DNA from: a virus | Lineage: Duplodnaviria; Caudoviricetes | DNA length: 31,238 bases | Strand: one strand, 5' to 3' | IMG/VR virus record: IMGVR_UViG_3300037310_000072 | Coordinates: 1 to 31,238 of that record | Part shown: positions 14,642-22,383 of the stretch, one piece after another | How the letters are laid out: every line of letters begins with the position of its first letter | How positions within the stretch are numbered: position 1 is the stretch's first letter | Translations under genes and position numbers: made by a program | The notes under the pieces: generated by a model | Told to the model about the DNA's origin: nothing | Databases searched by the model: none | Seen by the model: only the letters and a program-made list of their open reading frames with translations

Positions 14642-14660
14642 CAGGTGATATACACACCTC
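14633..14660 (-). other. Terminal simple recombination site (attI-like or secondary site)
   Basis: - strand GTGTATATCACCT-GTTAGGGCGC; core present, no hairpin arm. Confidence 0.55.
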
Positions 14661-14684
14661 ACAAGCTCTGCTAGAGTTCCTCGC

Positions 14685-15002
14685 ATGCCATACCGCCGCA
14701 CCAAGAAATACAGCGCCGAGCGCCTCGCCGCGATGCGTGCCGGCAAAGACCGCGCCTGCATGGAGCGCCCGGCCCCGGACTACCCGCCGGATCTGCCCGA
14801 CCTGCGCATGCGCATCACGATCACGCGGTACGACTACGGAGAAGAAACGCATGTGTTTGAGCTTCGCAAGTCGCGCCGCGTGGATCAGTTCCGCGTGACG
14901 GTGGACGGAAAGCCGCTGCGCGGGCAGATCGGGCTGACACGCATCCTGGACATGCTGCGCAAGGCCACCCCGCGCGCGATCAGCCCGAGGGCAGCATCGT
15001 GA
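14685..15002 (+). CDS. Basic hypothetical protein abutting the array end
   Basis: 105 aa; TG-extended TAGAGT 7 nt before ATG and no SD; GTGA overlap with the next gene. Confidence 0.75.
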   Translation: MPYRRTKKYSAERLAAMRAGKDRACMERPAPDYPPDLPDLRMRITITRYDYGEETHVFELRKSRRVDQFRVTVDGKPLRGQIGLTRILDMLRKATPRAISPRAAS

Positions 15003-15625
15003 CCGACGCCGATCGGAAGCCGTTCGCTGTCCTGCTGTCGCAGGCGCTGGCGTTCTACCGCCAGGACGTGAGCGAGTTCGCGCTCGGCGTTTGGTGGGCC
15101 GCGTGCCAGCCCTTCGACCTGGAGCAAGTGCGCAAGGCGCTCACAGCCCATGCACTCGACGCCGAGCGCGGCCGATTCGCGCCCAAACCAGCCGACATCG
15201 TGCGCGAGCTGCAAGGCACCGTCACCGACCGCTCGCTGGTCGCTTGGGGTAAGGTCTTGGAGGCCATGCGCGTGGTCGGCGCGTACCGCAGCGTGGCCTT
15301 CGACGATGCGGCGATCCACAGCGCGATCGAGGATATCGGCGGATGGGTCGCGATCTGCCGCACCGCGCTCGACGAGCTGCCGCACCTGCAACGCCGCTTC
15401 TGCGAGTCGCATCGCGTGTACTCGCGCCGGCCGGCGGCGACGCATCGGCCTCACCTACCGGGCGAGTTCGAGGCGACCAACGCGCTCAACGGCCGGCGCA
15501 TCGACGCGCCCACGCTGATCGGCGACGAGAGCGCGGCGCGCGCCGTGATGCTGGCCGGCTCGTCCGCGCCGCGCATCGGCATCACGCCCGCCTCGCAGGC
15601 GCTCGCGCTGGAGGCTGCGCGATGA
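14999..15625 (+). CDS. DUF6475-containing replication partner (lambda P/loader position)
   Basis: FAPKPADIV...AWGKVLEAMRVVGAYRSVAFDDAAIHSAIEDIGGWVAIC. Confidence 0.75.
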   Translation: MTDADRKPFAVLLSQALAFYRQDVSEFALGVWWAACQPFDLEQVRKALTAHALDAERGRFAPKPADIVRELQGTVTDRSLVAWGKVLEAMRVVGAYRSVAFDDAAIHSAIEDIGGWVAICRTALDELPHLQRRFCESHRVYSRRPAATHRPHLPGEFEATNALNGRRIDAPTLIGDESAARAVMLAGSSAPRIGITPASQALALEAAR

Positions 15626-15912
15626 CCTGGCACGAGCGTCTGCAAGCGCGCGTCGATGCTGGCGAGGTCGTGCTCACGGACACCCAGCGCCGCATGCTCA
15701 ACGAGGCCAGGTCCAGGCCGCGCAGTCGCGGCGCCGAACTCGGGCCTCTGCGCTCATCGTTGGCGTCTGGCCCCCTACCGTGGCCCGCCGGTGTGCCGCG
15801 CGTGAGCGCGGAGTCCGAGGACCACGCGCCGCCCGCGGAAACCCCTTTGCCAACGCCGTCGCGCGCAGCACAATCCAAGCCCGCGCCGCAGTGGACCGAA
15901 GACGAGGAGTGA
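15622..15912 (+). CDS. Hypothetical protein
   Basis: GGAGG RBS, ATGA overlap; MTWHERLQARVDAGE. Confidence 0.6.
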   Translation: MTWHERLQARVDAGEVVLTDTQRRMLNEARSRPRSRGAELGPLRSSLASGPLPWPAGVPRVSAESEDHAPPAETPLPTPSRAAQSKPAPQWTEDEE

Positions 15913-15916
15913 GTCG

Positions 15917-16141
15917 ATGACGATGACCAGAGACGAGGCCAAGCGCGTGCTTGACGCGGCGCGCGATGGCGCGGTGGACGTGAGCGCGAAAGCCATCACC
16001 CTAGCGCTGCTCGCCAGCGGCGACTTGGCCGACGATCCGCCGCCGCGCGTGCTGCACAGCGGGCGCGAGGAAGGCTGGAGTCCCGGCGTGCGCTACGCGC
16101 AGGCCCACCGAGCGCCACGCGGCGCGCGGAGTCCGATGTGA
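15917..16141 (+). CDS. Hypothetical protein
   Basis: GAGGAG RBS; MTRDEAKRVLD...ALLASGDL. Confidence 0.65.
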   Translation: MTMTRDEAKRVLDAARDGAVDVSAKAITLALLASGDLADDPPPRVLHSGREEGWSPGVRYAQAHRAPRGARSPM

Positions 16142-16518
16142 TCGTGCGATCGGCCGAACTCGAAGGCGCGCTGCTGGATGCGGCGGTAGCAAAAGCCGAA
16201 GGTCATCTCCTGAGTCGGTCGGAGCAGTACGGTCTCGAAGTCATCGATGCGGCGACCAATCGTCTCGTTGCAAACACGGACTACAGCAGCGATTGGGCCT
16301 GCGGCGGCCCGATCATTGAGCGCGAACGCATCGCTGTGCTGATGCTCGACAACAAGTGGCGCGCGTGGACGCCGGAGCATCATGGCTACGATCCGCGCTA
16401 CTGGCTGTTCGAGCGCACGTCGAGAAGCGCCGAAGGAACAGGACCAACGCCCCTCATCGCCGCCATGCGCGCATACGTCGCCAGCAAGTTTGGCGAAGAA
16501 GTGGAGTTGCCAGCGTGA
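16138..16518 (+). CDS. ninX: NinX/DUF2591 family protein
   Basis: LEGALLDAAVAKAEG, YSSDWACGGPIIERERI, GPTPLIAAMRAYVASKFG. Confidence 0.85.
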   Translation: MIVRSAELEGALLDAAVAKAEGHLLSRSEQYGLEVIDAATNRLVANTDYSSDWACGGPIIERERIAVLMLDNKWRAWTPEHHGYDPRYWLFERTSRSAEGTGPTPLIAAMRAYVASKFGEEVELPA

Positions 16519-17027
16519 TCGTCCTGTCCCTTCCGTACCCGCTGTCTGCCAACGCCTACTGGCGCCCGGTCAACATGGGCAAGCACATCACCATCGTGCC
16601 CACGAAGGAGGCCAAGGCGTACAAGCGCACGGTCGCGACCTACGCCATGATGGCCGGGATCACGCGACCGATCCCGGGCCGCGTTGCGGTGCACATCGAC
16701 CTGTACCCGCAACGACCCCAGGACTGGCAGGCTCGCATGCGCAAGCTCGGCTCCGAGTGGGACACGTCGGTGCGATGCATTGACATCGACAACGCGCGCA
16801 AGGTGCTCTACGACGCGCTCAAGGGGATCGCGTTCGAGGACGACGCGATGGTCTGGCGCGACAGCGCCAGGCGCATGGCGCCGGATGAGCGCGGCGCGCG
16901 TGTGATCGTGCGCATCGAGCCCGTCATCGTTGAGCAGCCGCAACCTGCGCTGATCTACACCGAAGCTCACGACGACAGCAAGCTGCTGCGCGTCGAGATG
17001 GAGGACTTCAGGCCATGCGCATCCTGA
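16515..17027 (+). CDS. rusA: RusA-family Holliday junction resolvase
   Basis: LPYPLSANAYWR, DIDNARKVLYDALKGIAFEDDAMV; GTG 16515 overlaps the ninX stop. Confidence 0.9.
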   Translation: MIVLSLPYPLSANAYWRPVNMGKHITIVPTKEAKAYKRTVATYAMMAGITRPIPGRVAVHIDLYPQRPQDWQARMRKLGSEWDTSVRCIDIDNARKVLYDALKGIAFEDDAMVWRDSARRMAPDERGARVIVRIEPVIVEQPQPALIYTEAHDDSKLLRVEMEDFRPCAS

Positions 17028-17221
17028 TCGTGATAGCCGCGCTGCTGCTGTTCGGCATCGTCATCATCGCTGTCATGACGCACGAGTACGCCGCAGCCAT
17101 TGACCGAGAGCGCGCTGCGTGCGAACGCATCGGTGGCGTGATGGCGCGACTGCATCATGGCGGGTCGGCGTGCGTGCTGCGCGCGCTGCCACCAAGCGCG
17201 AAGGGGAGCAAGTGGACGTGA
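17015..17221 (+). CDS. Small membrane-anchored protein
   Basis: N-terminal TM helix; ACERIGG...C; GGAGGA RBS. Confidence 0.65.
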   Translation: MRILIVIAALLLFGIVIIAVMTHEYAAAIDRERAACERIGGVMARLHHGGSACVLRALPPSAKGSKWT

Positions 17222-17255
17222 CTAGCATCCGTGACGGAGCGCTGGTGTGGCAACA

Positions 17256-18314
17256 GTGACCTGCGCCGCCTGCACCGCCGCCGCTCAGGCGCCAAGCTAC
17301 GAGTTCTTCGCCAACTGCCGCGGGTGCTGCGCCCGCTCGATCGCGCGCTCGCCACAGTTCTTCGAGGCGCGCCAGACAGGCAAGCAGGATCGCAAGTACC
17401 GCGCGCTGCTCGAACAGATCGGCGGGATGTTCGCGCCGCCGATCACGCACGCCGAAGTACAGGCAGCGCACGCCGCCGATGCACGAGCCAAGGAACCCGA
17501 CGCGCTGCGCGCCGCAGTACCAGAGAGCACGGCCCCGATTGGCCGCTCGGGTGACGCGCAGCGGGCCGACAGGTGGGACGACGGCAACGTCATCCCGAGC
17601 GCCGAGCCTGTCGTGCCGGATTGCGCGCCACCCGACGCCGTGAGCGCGTCGCCGGACGAGGGTAACCGGCAACCAGACCCGCAACCGTCACCCGCGCCGG
17701 CCGACTACGACTTCGGCGCCGTGTTCGATCGCAAGCAGGCATTCGACGCGACCGTCGTGTTCGTGCAGTACGGCGGAAGTGTCAACCTCATGGTCACGGA
17801 TCACCAGGGCAAACAGTTTTTCCGGCCGTGCGTGATGCTGCAAGACCCGCTCGAAGCCGACGCCCACGAGATCAGCGGCATGGAGTTCGTCGACCTGGAT
17901 GCCGTACCAAGTTGGCCAAGCGCGCAAGGAGGGCTGATCCATGCACCGCACCACATCCCCCGACACCAGCGACGCCGCGATCGAGCACGAACTTGTCGAC
18001 GAAGGGCAAGACCGCGCCCCGCGTCACGCTCGCCGACATCGAGGCGAGCATCATCGGGAGCGAGCACTACTTCACGGCGGCAACGGCGTTCCAAGAAGGC
18101 CACGAGCCGCCGCCCGAGCTTCAACTGCTCACCTTCTGCGTCCTCGTCCTGCGCAACGGCTTCACCGTCACCGGCGAGAGCGCGTGCGCGAGCCCCGAGA
18201 ACTTCGACGCCGAGATCGGCCGCAAGCTGGCGCGCGCCAGGGCGATCGACAAGTGCTGGCCGCTGCTGGGCTACGCGCTCAAGGAGCGACTGCATGCGAT
18301 GGCGCCGCCGCTGA
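17256..18314 (+). CDS. Apparent fusion of a Cys-rich protein and a second small phage protein; part after about 17937 probably not real
   Basis: TCAAC...CRGC N-domain, Pro-rich linker, QAFDATVVFV...VNLMVTDHQG domain; the tail overlaps the gp49-like gene out of frame. Confidence 0.45.
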   Translation: MTCAACTAAAQAPSYEFFANCRGCCARSIARSPQFFEARQTGKQDRKYRALLEQIGGMFAPPITHAEVQAAHAADARAKEPDALRAAVPESTAPIGRSGDAQRADRWDDGNVIPSAEPVVPDCAPPDAVSASPDEGNRQPDPQPSPAPADYDFGAVFDRKQAFDATVVFVQYGGSVNLMVTDHQGKQFFRPCVMLQDPLEADAHEISGMEFVDLDAVPSWPSAQGGLIHAPHHIPRHQRRRDRARTCRRRARPRPASRSPTSRRASSGASTTSRRQRRSKKATSRRPSFNCSPSASSSCATASPSPARARARAPRTSTPRSAASWRAPGRSTSAGRCWATRSRSDCMRWRRR

Positions 18315-18331
18315 CAGGAGAGGCGCAATGA
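17941..18331 (+). pseudogene. N4 Gp49/Sf6 gp66-family protein with a 1-nt frameshift near 17998
   Basis: MHRTTSPDTSDAAIEHELV in one frame, KGKTAPRVTLADIE...LTFCVLVLRNGFTVTGESACASPENFDAEIGRKLAR...WPLLGY in another; GGAGG RBS at ATG 17941. Confidence 0.75.
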
Positions 18332-18546
18332 TGGCCCCCTACCAGCAGCGCGTGCTCGACGAGCAGAGGGAGTTGCAGGGGCGCATCGAGCGCCTGCATG
18401 CGTTCATCGACTCGCCCAACTTCGAGTCCGTCGTGCCCGACAAGATCGACCGCCTGTTGCTCACGGCGCAAGCCTCGGCGATGACCGCCTATGGCCTGGT
18501 CCTGCAACTGCGCATCGACCGCTTCACCACCACGACAGGAGCCTGA
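18328..18546 (+). CDS. crAss001_48 / T4 Y16Q-like small helical protein
   Basis: YQQRVLDEQRELQGRIERLHAFI...Q..AM..Y..VL..RI..F pattern; AGGAG RBS. Confidence 0.75.
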   Translation: MMAPYQQRVLDEQRELQGRIERLHAFIDSPNFESVVPDKIDRLLLTAQASAMTAYGLVLQLRIDRFTTTTGA

Positions 18547-18549
18547 CCA

Positions 18550-19227
18550 ATGAGACCCCGCATCTTCAAGACCTACGCCAGCGCCGTGCTGATCTTCGCC
18601 GCCGTGGCGTTCCTCGTCCTGCTGGCGCTGCCGGCGATGGCGACGACCACGCCCGAGCCGCCGAAGCATCCGCCGGCCCACGGGCACCACCACGGCGCGG
18701 CGCAGGCCGCGGCCGACGCCGCAGCCAAGGCCACCAGCTCGGCCACCGCCACCAACACAGCCAGCGGCGGTAGCGTGCAGTCCAGATCGGGCGACCTGTG
18801 GGTGCTGCCGGCGCCGGTGTTCGTGCCGCCGATGGCCGCGCTCCCGTGTCCGGCCGCCCAGGTGGACCAGCAAGCGATCGGACTCGGCTGGAACTTCTTC
18901 AGCCACTCGACCGGCAAGACCGACACGCGCGATTGCACCGCCATCATCGTCATCAACAGCCTGATCGAGCGCTGCCAGTACGGCAGGGCGCAGCAGGCGC
19001 TCGATTTGCTCGCGGTGCGCGCGCTGCCGGGCTTCGAGACCAAGCCAGCGCCGTACCTGGACCTCGAGCCGAGCGCGTGCGCGGCCATCAAGATGCCGGT
19101 GCAGGCGACCGCGGCGCCGGTCAACCTGATCGCGGCCGAGCCGAGGGCATGCGAGCCAGCTCCGAGGCAGGCGGCGGCGAAGGCCAAGAAGCCGGCCAAG
19201 CGCGTCGCCTCGACCTGCAAGAGCTGA
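18550..19227 (+). CDS. Exported or membrane-anchored protein
   Basis: Signal-peptide-like N-terminus (…LALPAMA), Ala/Thr linker, several Cys. Confidence 0.7.
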   Translation: MRPRIFKTYASAVLIFAAVAFLVLLALPAMATTTPEPPKHPPAHGHHHGAAQAAADAAAKATSSATATNTASGGSVQSRSGDLWVLPAPVFVPPMAALPCPAAQVDQQAIGLGWNFFSHSTGKTDTRDCTAIIVINSLIERCQYGRAQQALDLLAVRALPGFETKPAPYLDLEPSACAAIKMPVQATAAPVNLIAAEPRACEPAPRQAAAKAKKPAKRVASTCKS

Positions 19228-19238
19228 CAGCGCGGGGT

Positions 19239-19508
19239 ATGCGGCGCTCCGGCTTGCGTCACGAACACGTCGTGCAGCACGCGCCCGCCAACGGGCTGCG
19301 CGGCTGTAACGGCAAGCGAAGCTACCCGAACCACGCCGACGCTGCGCGCGTCGCCAAGCAGGCCCGCCGCAACCTCGACGAGCCACTGGAGGCGTACAAG
19401 TGCCAGCACTGCCACGACTGGCACATCGGCCAGCCACCCGAGAAAGGGGCACGCCGTCGGCCCCAACCTGACGACGGCAAGGCAACTGCAAAGGAGATCG
19501 ACACATGA
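19239..19508 (+). CDS. Small zinc-binding phage protein
   Basis: CNGKRSY...AYKCQHCHDWHI. Confidence 0.7.
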   Translation: MRRSGLRHEHVVQHAPANGLRGCNGKRSYPNHADAARVAKQARRNLDEPLEAYKCQHCHDWHIGQPPEKGARRRPQPDDGKATAKEIDT

Positions 19509-19585
19509 AAGGCAAGACCAAGGCCCCGGCCAAGAAGGCGGCGCCCAAGAAGGCGCCCGCCAAGGGCAAGATGCCGGCCTACTGA
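19505..19585 (+). CDS. 26-aa Lys/Ala/Pro-rich peptide
   Basis: Not in ORF track. MKGKTKAPAKKAAPKKAPAKGKMPAY; AAGGAG RBS; ATGA overlap. Confidence 0.65.
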   Translation: MKGKTKAPAKKAAPKKAPAKGKMPAY

Positions 19586-19605
19586 GCCGGCGGCAGCATC
19601 CAACC

Positions 19606-19628
19606 ACGGCCGGCAACCCCGGCCGTTT
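19606..19628 (+). terminator. Putative intrinsic terminator
   Basis: ACGGCCGG-CAACC-CCGGCCGT-TT hairpin with a short T run. Confidence 0.45.
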
Positions 19629-19632
19629 CAAC

Positions 19633-20169
19633 ATGCACGAGACATCGCGCACCGCCATCGACCTCGCCCTGGCGAACAGCCGGCCGCGCCGGCTGCGCTG
19701 CTTCGACGACGATGAGACGTGGTTCGGCTACCTGCGCGTTGTCCACGAGAGCGGGGACAAACTCACCAAGCGCAGCGACACTGGCAAGCATCGCGGCGAC
19801 CGCCACGTCATCCAGATTCTGGTGGCCGGCGCCAGCAAGAAGGCGTGCGAGGACTGCGAGGCCGGCTTCCAGCGCCGGATGAAGGCCGCCGGCAGGTGCG
19901 AGCGCGTGAGCCCCGGCAACGCCGCGCGGCACTGGCTCAAGGCGCTCCTGGCCGCCGGGCCGATGCTGTCGAGCGCCGTGCTCGCGCTGGCGCGCGCCCA
20001 GGGCTTCACCAGGCGGACAGCCTACCGGGCGGCCCAGCGCGTCGGCGTGCTGCGCCGCCGCATGGACCCGACAAGGCCGGAAACAACGACTTGGGGCCTT
20101 CCGCTGCGGCGTGATTGCCAACTTTCAGCGCCATCCGCCCACACGGGAGCACTGGTGGCCGGCCTATAA
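19633..20169 (+). CDS. Putative DNA-binding protein (Cys cluster plus C-terminal winged-helix-like domain)
   Basis: C...CEDC...GRC, then WLKALLAAGPMLSSAV...GFTRRTAYRAAQRVGV...W; lies just before terS. Confidence 0.6.
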   Translation: MHETSRTAIDLALANSRPRRLRCFDDDETWFGYLRVVHESGDKLTKRSDTGKHRGDRHVIQILVAGASKKACEDCEAGFQRRMKAAGRCERVSPGNAARHWLKALLAAGPMLSSAVLALARAQGFTRRTAYRAAQRVGVLRRRMDPTRPETTTWGLPLRRDCQLSAPSAHTGALVAGL

Positions 20170-20177
20170 CCCGCCGT

Positions 20178-20783
20178 ATGCCAAGGTCCGCCAATCCAAC
20201 CCGGCCGCTGTCCGAGCGCCAAGAGCGCTTCATCGCCGAGTACCTGCTGGACTTCAACCAGACGCAGGCGGCCATTCGCGCCGGGTACTCGCTCAAGAGC
20301 GCGTCCGTCGTGGGCTTCCACTTGCTCCGGCATCCAGTCATCGCCGCGCGCGTGCAGGAGCACCGAGATCGCGTGCGCAAGGCGTTGGACGAGCGGATCG
20401 AGCTGACCACCGAGCGCACGATCCAGACGCTGGCTGACCTGGCGTACTTCGACCCGCTGAACATGGTCAACAGCGACGGCACGCCCAAGAACATCCAGCA
20501 GATGGACCGCGCCAGCCGCATGGCGATCCAGGGCTTCGAGGTGACATCGCAGTGGGTCGGCAAGGGTGAGACTCGGCGCAAGGTCGTCACCACCAAGGTA
20601 AGGCTCGCCAGCCGCGCCAGCGCGATCGACATGGCCGCCAAGGTGGCCGGCGCATACGCCAAGGACAACGAGCAGCGGCGCAACGCGCGCGAACTGAGCG
20701 ACGAGGAGATCAAGCGGCGTCTGGCCGAGTTGCTCGGCGGCGAATCCGCGCTGACACCGCCCGAGGGCGCGACGCTGCAATGA
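20178..20783 (+). CDS. terS: Terminase small subunit
   Basis: LSERQERFIAEYLLDFNQTQAAIRAGYS; TATAAC 7 nt upstream of ATG 20178. Confidence 0.92.
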   Translation: MPRSANPTRPLSERQERFIAEYLLDFNQTQAAIRAGYSLKSASVVGFHLLRHPVIAARVQEHRDRVRKALDERIELTTERTIQTLADLAYFDPLNMVNSDGTPKNIQQMDRASRMAIQGFEVTSQWVGKGETRRKVVTTKVRLASRASAIDMAAKVAGAYAKDNEQRRNARELSDEEIKRRLAELLGGESALTPPEGATLQ

Positions 20784-20800
20784 CGCTCGCGCACTGAGCC

Positions 20801-22369
20801 GTGCGAGATTTGTCAACGCTCACCCCCGGCCGGCGCGCCGAGATCGTCGAGCTGCTCACCGAACTCGACGGCCGCCAGGCGCGGCGCGATCTGCTGTCGT
20901 TCGCCCGTTTGGCGCTGTCGATCAAGACCAAGGCCGGCACCATCATCCGGCTCGCGCTGAACAAGGCGCAGCGGCACATCCACGCCGCGATCGAGCAGCA
21001 GAAGTTCGCCACCGGCAAGGTGCGAGCGATCGTGCTCAAGGGCCGCCAGCAAGGCGCCTCTACGTACATCGGCGCGCGCTTCTACTGGCTGACGACCAGC
21101 AACCGGGGCCGCAACACCTTCATCCTGACCCACGAACAGGCGGCCACCGACAACCTGTTCGACATGACGAAGCGGTATCACGAGTTCTGCCCGGCGGCCT
21201 GGCGCCCGGCGACGGCCGCCGACAACGCGAAGGAACTGTGGTTCAACCACCTGGACAGCCGCTACAAGGTGTCCACCGCAGGCACGAAGGGCACAGGCCG
21301 CTCTGCCACCGCGCAGTATTTCCACGGCTCGGAAGTCGCCTTCTGGTCCAACGCCGAAGACCACATGGCCGGCATCGGGCAGACGGTGCCCAACGAAGCC
21401 GGCACCGAAATGATCCTGGAGTCCACCGGCAACGGCCTGGGCAACAAGTTCCACAAGATGTGGGTCGAAGCGGTGCGCGGCGAGTCGGAATACATCGCGA
21501 TCTTCGTGCCGTGGTTCTGGGAGGACGGCTACTCGACGCCGCCGCCCGATGGCTTCACGCTCGACCCCGACGAACTGGTCTACCAGCAGGCGTTCGGCTT
21601 GTCGATGGGGCAAATGTGCTGGCGCCGCAACAAGTTGCGCGACGACTTCGGCGGCGACGTGTCGCTGTTCAACCAGGAGTACCCGGCGACGCCAGAAATG
21701 GCGTTCATGCGCAGCTCGACGCAAAGCCTCGTGACGATGGAGCAGGTGTCGCTGTCGCGCCAGCCGAAGAAGATCGCGCAGGGCGAGAGGGTGCCGCGCA
21801 TCCTGGGCGTGGACCCGGCCGAGTACGGCGACGACGACTCGGCGATCACCGAGCGCTACGGGAGAGTGGCGCCGTGGACCAAGCGCTACTCGCGCAAGGG
21901 CACGATGGAGCTGGCCGGCATCGTCTCGAAGCTCGCCAACGACGCCCGCAAGGCAGGGCGCCCCTACGACGCGATCAACGTGGATGTGACCGGCGTGGGC
22001 ACCGGCGTCGCCGATCGCCTGATCGAAATGGGAGTGCCCAACGTGCATCGCGTGCACTTCGGCGGCAAGGCGTATGAGGATGACAAGTACGTCAACCGGC
22101 GCGCCGAGTGCTACGGGCGCGCGGCCGACTGGTTCAAGGACGAGCCGAACCAGTGCCCTGACGACGACGTGTTCCAGACCGAGGCGGTGTCCGTCGGCTA
22201 CGACTACGACTCCAGCCGGCGGCTGCGCATGGAGTCCAAGGAGCACATGAAGAACGTGCGCGGACTGACCAGCCCGGACACCTACGACTCGTTCGCCCTC
22301 ACCTTCGCCGAGAACATCATGCAGAGTACAGCCTACGAGGAAGCAGAATCCCCGGATTGGCGACTGTAG
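20801..22369 (+). CDS. terL: Terminase large subunit
   Basis: LKGRQQGAST Walker A, FHGSEVAFW Walker B, ILESTGNG, ILGVDPA and SPDTYD nuclease motifs. Confidence 0.95.
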   Translation: MRDLSTLTPGRRAEIVELLTELDGRQARRDLLSFARLALSIKTKAGTIIRLALNKAQRHIHAAIEQQKFATGKVRAIVLKGRQQGASTYIGARFYWLTTSNRGRNTFILTHEQAATDNLFDMTKRYHEFCPAAWRPATAADNAKELWFNHLDSRYKVSTAGTKGTGRSATAQYFHGSEVAFWSNAEDHMAGIGQTVPNEAGTEMILESTGNGLGNKFHKMWVEAVRGESEYIAIFVPWFWEDGYSTPPPDGFTLDPDELVYQQAFGLSMGQMCWRRNKLRDDFGGDVSLFNQEYPATPEMAFMRSSTQSLVTMEQVSLSRQPKKIAQGERVPRILGVDPAEYGDDDSAITERYGRVAPWTKRYSRKGTMELAGIVSKLANDARKAGRPYDAINVDVTGVGTGVADRLIEMGVPNVHRVHFGGKAYEDDKYVNRRAECYGRAADWFKDEPNQCPDDDVFQTEAVSVGYDYDSSRRLRMESKEHMKNVRGLTSPDTYDSFALTFAENIMQSTAYEEAESPDWRL

Positions 22370-22383
22370 GAGTCTGGACCGAC

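Larger units (their letters stand above)
12432..14660 (-). mobile_element. Integrase-less array of integron-like gene cassettes (CALIN-like)
   Basis: Three full attC-like sites, one half site and one terminal simple site; cassette ends are mutually complementary. Confidence 0.8.
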
